Source of the DNA: Vicugna vicugna
Taxonomy: Eukaryota
NCBI GenBank assembly: GCA_013265495.1
Contig: MU058654.1
Span: 248,001 to 312,000 of the forward strand
Direction: 5' to 3'
Length of the DNA: 64,000 nt
The notes beneath the pieces are model-generated. The model was not told the DNA's origin. It ran no database searches and worked only from the letters and a program-made list of their open reading frames with translations. Below, in pieces: positions 60,030 to 64,000 of the stretch. Both the position numbers and the translations under genes were made by a program. Every line of letters begins with the position of its first letter. Position 1 is the first letter of the stretch.

Positions 60030-62600
60030 ACATTGTGATCAGAAACAAGTGGTATGGGGAAATATAATAAAGCATAGGGGTGGGGTGAAAGTGTAGTTTG
60101 ACAGTATACCAGGATAGGAAGTTCAGGGAAGGAAGTCTTCTCTGGGAAAGGGGTGCTTGACCAGGAGACCTAAATAAGTGGGGTATGCAAAAGGCTGAGA
60201 GAACAGAAGGCATGGCATGTGCAAAGGCCCTGAAGCAGAAAAAGGTTTCCAAGGTTTTCAAAGTTTGGGAGAGTAGAAAGAAGGCTACATCATGGGCCTT
60301 GAAGGTCATCATAAAGGGCTTTGGTTTTACTGCAAGAATTAATGGAAAACTCTTCAAATTCTCTAACCAGGAGAATGAATTTGCTCTGGGGTGGACATGG
60401 TTTGTGGGAAGATCAGGGGAAATGGGGTAGGTTAATTCATCCAGGAGACAATGATGCTGGCCTCACCTGGAGGAAAGCAGCAGTGTAGATGGAATGAAGA
60501 GGACAGATGACAAAAAGAAAGAGCTCTAGGACAACGGCTAGGATTCCACACGTGAGTAAAAGGGTACATGCTGGCTTCTTAGTGAAATGGGATGAAATAC
60601 CCAGAAAACACTTGGGAGGAGGGCGACTACAAGGTCCATTTGGTCATGTTGTGGCGGAGAATTCTATGAGAATCTTGCCAAGCAGGTGGCTGAACACTTC
60701 AGTTGGGAGCCTGGAGGAGTAGTCAGAGCTGAGGTGTGAATTTGGGAGTCATTAGCATAAAACACTTCAGGGGAAGAAAAAATATATTCCTCTTACCCTT
60801 CTAGGTTCTCGGCTGAGTCTCTAACAAAAGACAGACTAACAAGAGAAAAGGATACAAATTCATTTAATACAAGTTCTATGTGACACAGGAGCCTTCTTCA
60901 GAAAAAGACCGGGAGTGGTTAAACCTAAGTGTTCTTGTGCTCTGTCTGGCTTGATGAAGAGTGGAAAATCATAGAAAGCTGGGGTAGGACAAAGGTAGTC
61001 AGCTAAGTGTGGCAAACCAGGGGAAACTTAGCAAGATCTGTTCCTTCAGATTCCTCTCTGAGCCTCTCCTTCTTCAGAGATAAGGGTGCTCCTTTCCTCT
61101 GAGTGTAGGGAAGGCACCACTAAAGACCCGCTTCAGGGGAAAGTCAACAAGTCCTTGCTGTACCTGCCACTTCTCAAATTCCTTCAGCTTAAAACATTCA
61201 GAATGCCAAGGTGCCATATTTTGGGGCATCATGTCTTGAACCCCATCAGTACTTAAAGACATAGGACTGGATGTGAGGAAACAAGGAGAAAGTGGAGATG
61301 GAGGAGAGAAGAAAGTCAAAGACTGAGCCGTCGGTTAGGAGAGGAGAAGGTTCAGGGGCAAAGAAGTTAATTAGGAATGGCCAGTGAGGCAGAAGAAAAA
61401 TCAGGAATAGTAGAGGGGAGCATTTCAAACTATGCTTTAAAGTAAAGATGGAGAAATTCAGTGAATTTGGTAGCGTAGGGCTCACTTGGGTCTCTGAAAG
61501 CCGCTTCAGTGAGGTGGTGGGAGTGGACCCTGCCCACTTTTGTGGGTGGCAGGGGGATGGAGGAGAGTCACAGAGATGGTGAGTGGGTAACTTTCTGTAG
61601 AGAACTTGTGCTGTAAATGGGTGCAGAGGAAGGATGTGATATCTAGAGGGGAATCTGAGCCTAAGAAGGCTTAAGTTTACTTTTTCTTAATAATAGAAAC
61701 CACACAATGTTTGCTTGCCAAGTATGATCCAGTAAGCAGTGGGAAATTGGTGACAAAGAAAAGGATGTAAAAGAAAAAAATAAAGACCTCAAGAAGGCAA
61801 AAGGAGGTGGAATTCAAAGCACAACTGGTTCGTTTTTCCTCTTTCCAATAAAATGAAGGGGGAGAAAAGAGGGAAGAAGATGCAGCTGGAATTGGAGATG
61901 TGATGGGACTCGATGAAGGTTTGAGGAGGAAGAAAATAATATGAAAAAAATCATCTCTGAGAGAGGATAAATGAACTTTCCAGGGAACTTACAGCAGGAC
62001 TTCCAGAAAGCTCTAGCTGATCTTTGGAGGTGACTTATTTAAAGTGAAATCATTCAGCTCAGCTGTGTTATTTTCTCTGGTGACTTTCTATGGCTGGTGG
62101 TAGGTAACGAGATGGCAGGGTAACTGGGCTCCCATAAGGCTGCATTTTTGCCAGATAAACACACCAGAGGGTGTTTGTAATGCCCTCTGTTTGCTAGGTC
62201 ATGATTATAATGGCATATTCTCAAAGGAAATGAAGGATGAAAAAGTCATGAAAGGGGCTGAAGGATAAATAGACAATACTTCTCAGTATAATCAGGAATT
62301 AAACAATTGGGGTTCCAAGTAAGTGAGCTCAAAAGATGGGGTGTGCTCAGAGTACTGTATGCCTGAAGATTAAGATTTCAGAAACAGAAAAGGTCCAGGT
62401 GGACCCAAGAGTGTGCGGTTGAAGCAGAGGAAAAGTTAAACTCACCCACCATGAGAAGGTCAAGAAAACAAGTGACCCCATGTTCGATGATTCATCCATG
62501 AACATGGTACATCACCAAAAACAGTAACTGAAAACAAGATGGAAAGTAAGTCTACAAACTAAGAGCTAGAGTCTACAGTGAATGAATGCCAAGGACACAA
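60030..62600 (-). mobile_element. Long L2 remnant, split by an LTR
   Basis: 'gcatgtgcaaaggccctgaagcag', 'gaatttgggagtcattagcat' | 'ttaaagacataggactggatg', 'ttcagtgaggtggtgggag'; distal part more degenerate. Confidence 0.65.
60767..61248 (-). mobile_element. ERV1 solo LTR (MER34 group)
   Basis: Reverse complement begins 'tgatggggttcaagacatgatgccccaaaatatggcaccttggcatt', like recalled MER34; 'aacaaaagacagactaacaagagaaaa' at the other end. Confidence 0.75.
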
Positions 62601-63089
62601 GAATGATAGCTGATACCCTGCAGAATGGCACAGCTTTTAACAGTTGTGGTTATTAACCGAAACAAGGAGACCCTGAAATATGAAACTCTAAGTGAAAAAT
62701 AGTTTTCATTGAAGATCCACAGTGTTAGAGGTATACAGGTGTCCTCAGGTAATAGCCAAGCTTCTAGTAGATCCACATTCTAGGGAATGTTCCAAAACAT
62801 GTAGAGTTCTTGCTGATCATAGACCTGGAAATCAAGAGGACAAGATGAGAAGAATTTTGGAGGGAGGAAATGAGAAGATGAGTGGTGGACTAGATGCATG
62901 TAGGGGACACACAAAGCAGTGTGGAGGTGATGGGAATGCAGGATCTACCAGTGACCAGGGTCCCTGAACTCCTGGCAACTTCTCAGGTGATTACCAACGT
63001 GAAGTGTTCAGCCATGAATTCAAGTGTAGCGGTCCTGTGTTCTTACCTTGATACCCCTTCAGGAGGACCTCCCCCTCTTCCGGAACTGT

Positions 63090-63800
63090 TAAAGTGATAT
63101 GCTGATGTGACCTTTTTCAATGCCAGTTATTTCAATCCTACTGTTCGAATAATATTTTTTCTGCACTAATCTGTGATACCACCTTAAACATTTGCTAAAT
63201 GAACACATCTACATTAGGACCTATGTTGAGGTGTTCCTTCCAATGGATCTGCTCTATTGATTCTCATGCCAATGCCCCTTTTCAAATCACTGCCAATTGT
63301 TAAAAAATAATATTTACTAGGGTAAGTCCTTCTTAATCATTCTTTTTCTCAGTGTGTTGGTTTATTCAAGCTCTTCATTCATTCGGTGAATTTCTAATCA
63401 CACAAAGTGCCAAAACAACACCACTGAGATTGTGATGACTTAGTTAAAACTGTAAATAAATCAGCATTGAACTGCAATAACCATGTCTCTCTTTTGAAAA
63501 TGGCTCCCCATTTACTCATGGCTTTGTTCCCCTCAATTAATTCTCTCTTCTGAATGAGATGTTTCCATTATATTTCCAAATGGTTATTGTTTATCTGTAG
63601 GAAACATATGGGGGTTTCACACCTATTTCTTTGATATTTGGCTTCCTTAGAGAACTATCTTATTAATGTTAAGATTATTTTGAAATAATTACTTCAGGTT
63701 TCATGGGTTAAAAATTATTATCTGCAAAAATTAAAACCACATTTCTCATTTCTGAGTTACCTTTAGATTTTTTTTTCATTTTTAATGGGTTCTTTTATAC
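63090..63800 (-). mobile_element. Decayed old L1M ORF2 fragments
   Basis: Antisense L1-like 'gccagttatttcaat', 'attctcatgccaatgcc', 'attatatctgcaaaaa'. Confidence 0.55.
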
Positions 63801-64000
63801 ATAGAACATCATAAATTTCCTTGTCTTACTTTTGTTTCTCATTTACGTATATGAAACGTGTCATCTCTAAGAACATGCGTATTAGTCATTTGAAATGTGT
63901 AGTTCCATTTTTATTTTATAAAATTGAATTACAAAGTTAAATTGTATTTGACAATGATTGTATGTATTTCTTTTGCTTTCCTGAGGTAAGCCTTATGCTG

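Noticed and set aside
63960..64000. Strong donor GAG|gtaagc at the window end
   Set aside because: No matching acceptor or open exon identified upstream; lies next to decayed L1.
1..64000. CRISPR arrays, operons, defence systems or rRNA
   Set aside because: No regularly spaced repeat-spacer array or gene-dense organisation; the sequence is eutherian non-coding DNA.

Overview
Mammalian non-coding genomic DNA, most likely a camelid (camel/alpaca/llama). It carries three tRNA-Ala-derived Vic-1-type SINEs and cetartiodactyl-type L1 3' ends, and I saw no Alu, Bov-tA or PRE-1. No protein-coding gene, true tRNA/rRNA, CRISPR array or prokaryotic system can be supported. The only ORFs with recognisable homology are decayed LINE-1 ORF2 pieces. 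A large fraction of the window is interspersed repeat (L1 of several ages, L2, MIR, ERV1/ERVL/MaLR solo LTRs, hAT DNA transposons), often nested and several with readable target-site duplications (TSDs); one L1 shows a twin-priming 5' inversion. The repeat-free islands are the most interesting part: two CpG-rich islands (about 0.85-1.25 kb and 46.2-46.6 kb), an unusually palindrome/hairpin-dense first 1.3 kb, and several homeodomain/bHLH/MEIS/RFX motif clusters. This looks like the cis-regulatory landscape (gene desert or giant intron) of a developmental gene, which I cannot name. Repeat family names come from recall of consensus sequences, and boundaries of old repeats are approximate. I found no convincing novel biological system.
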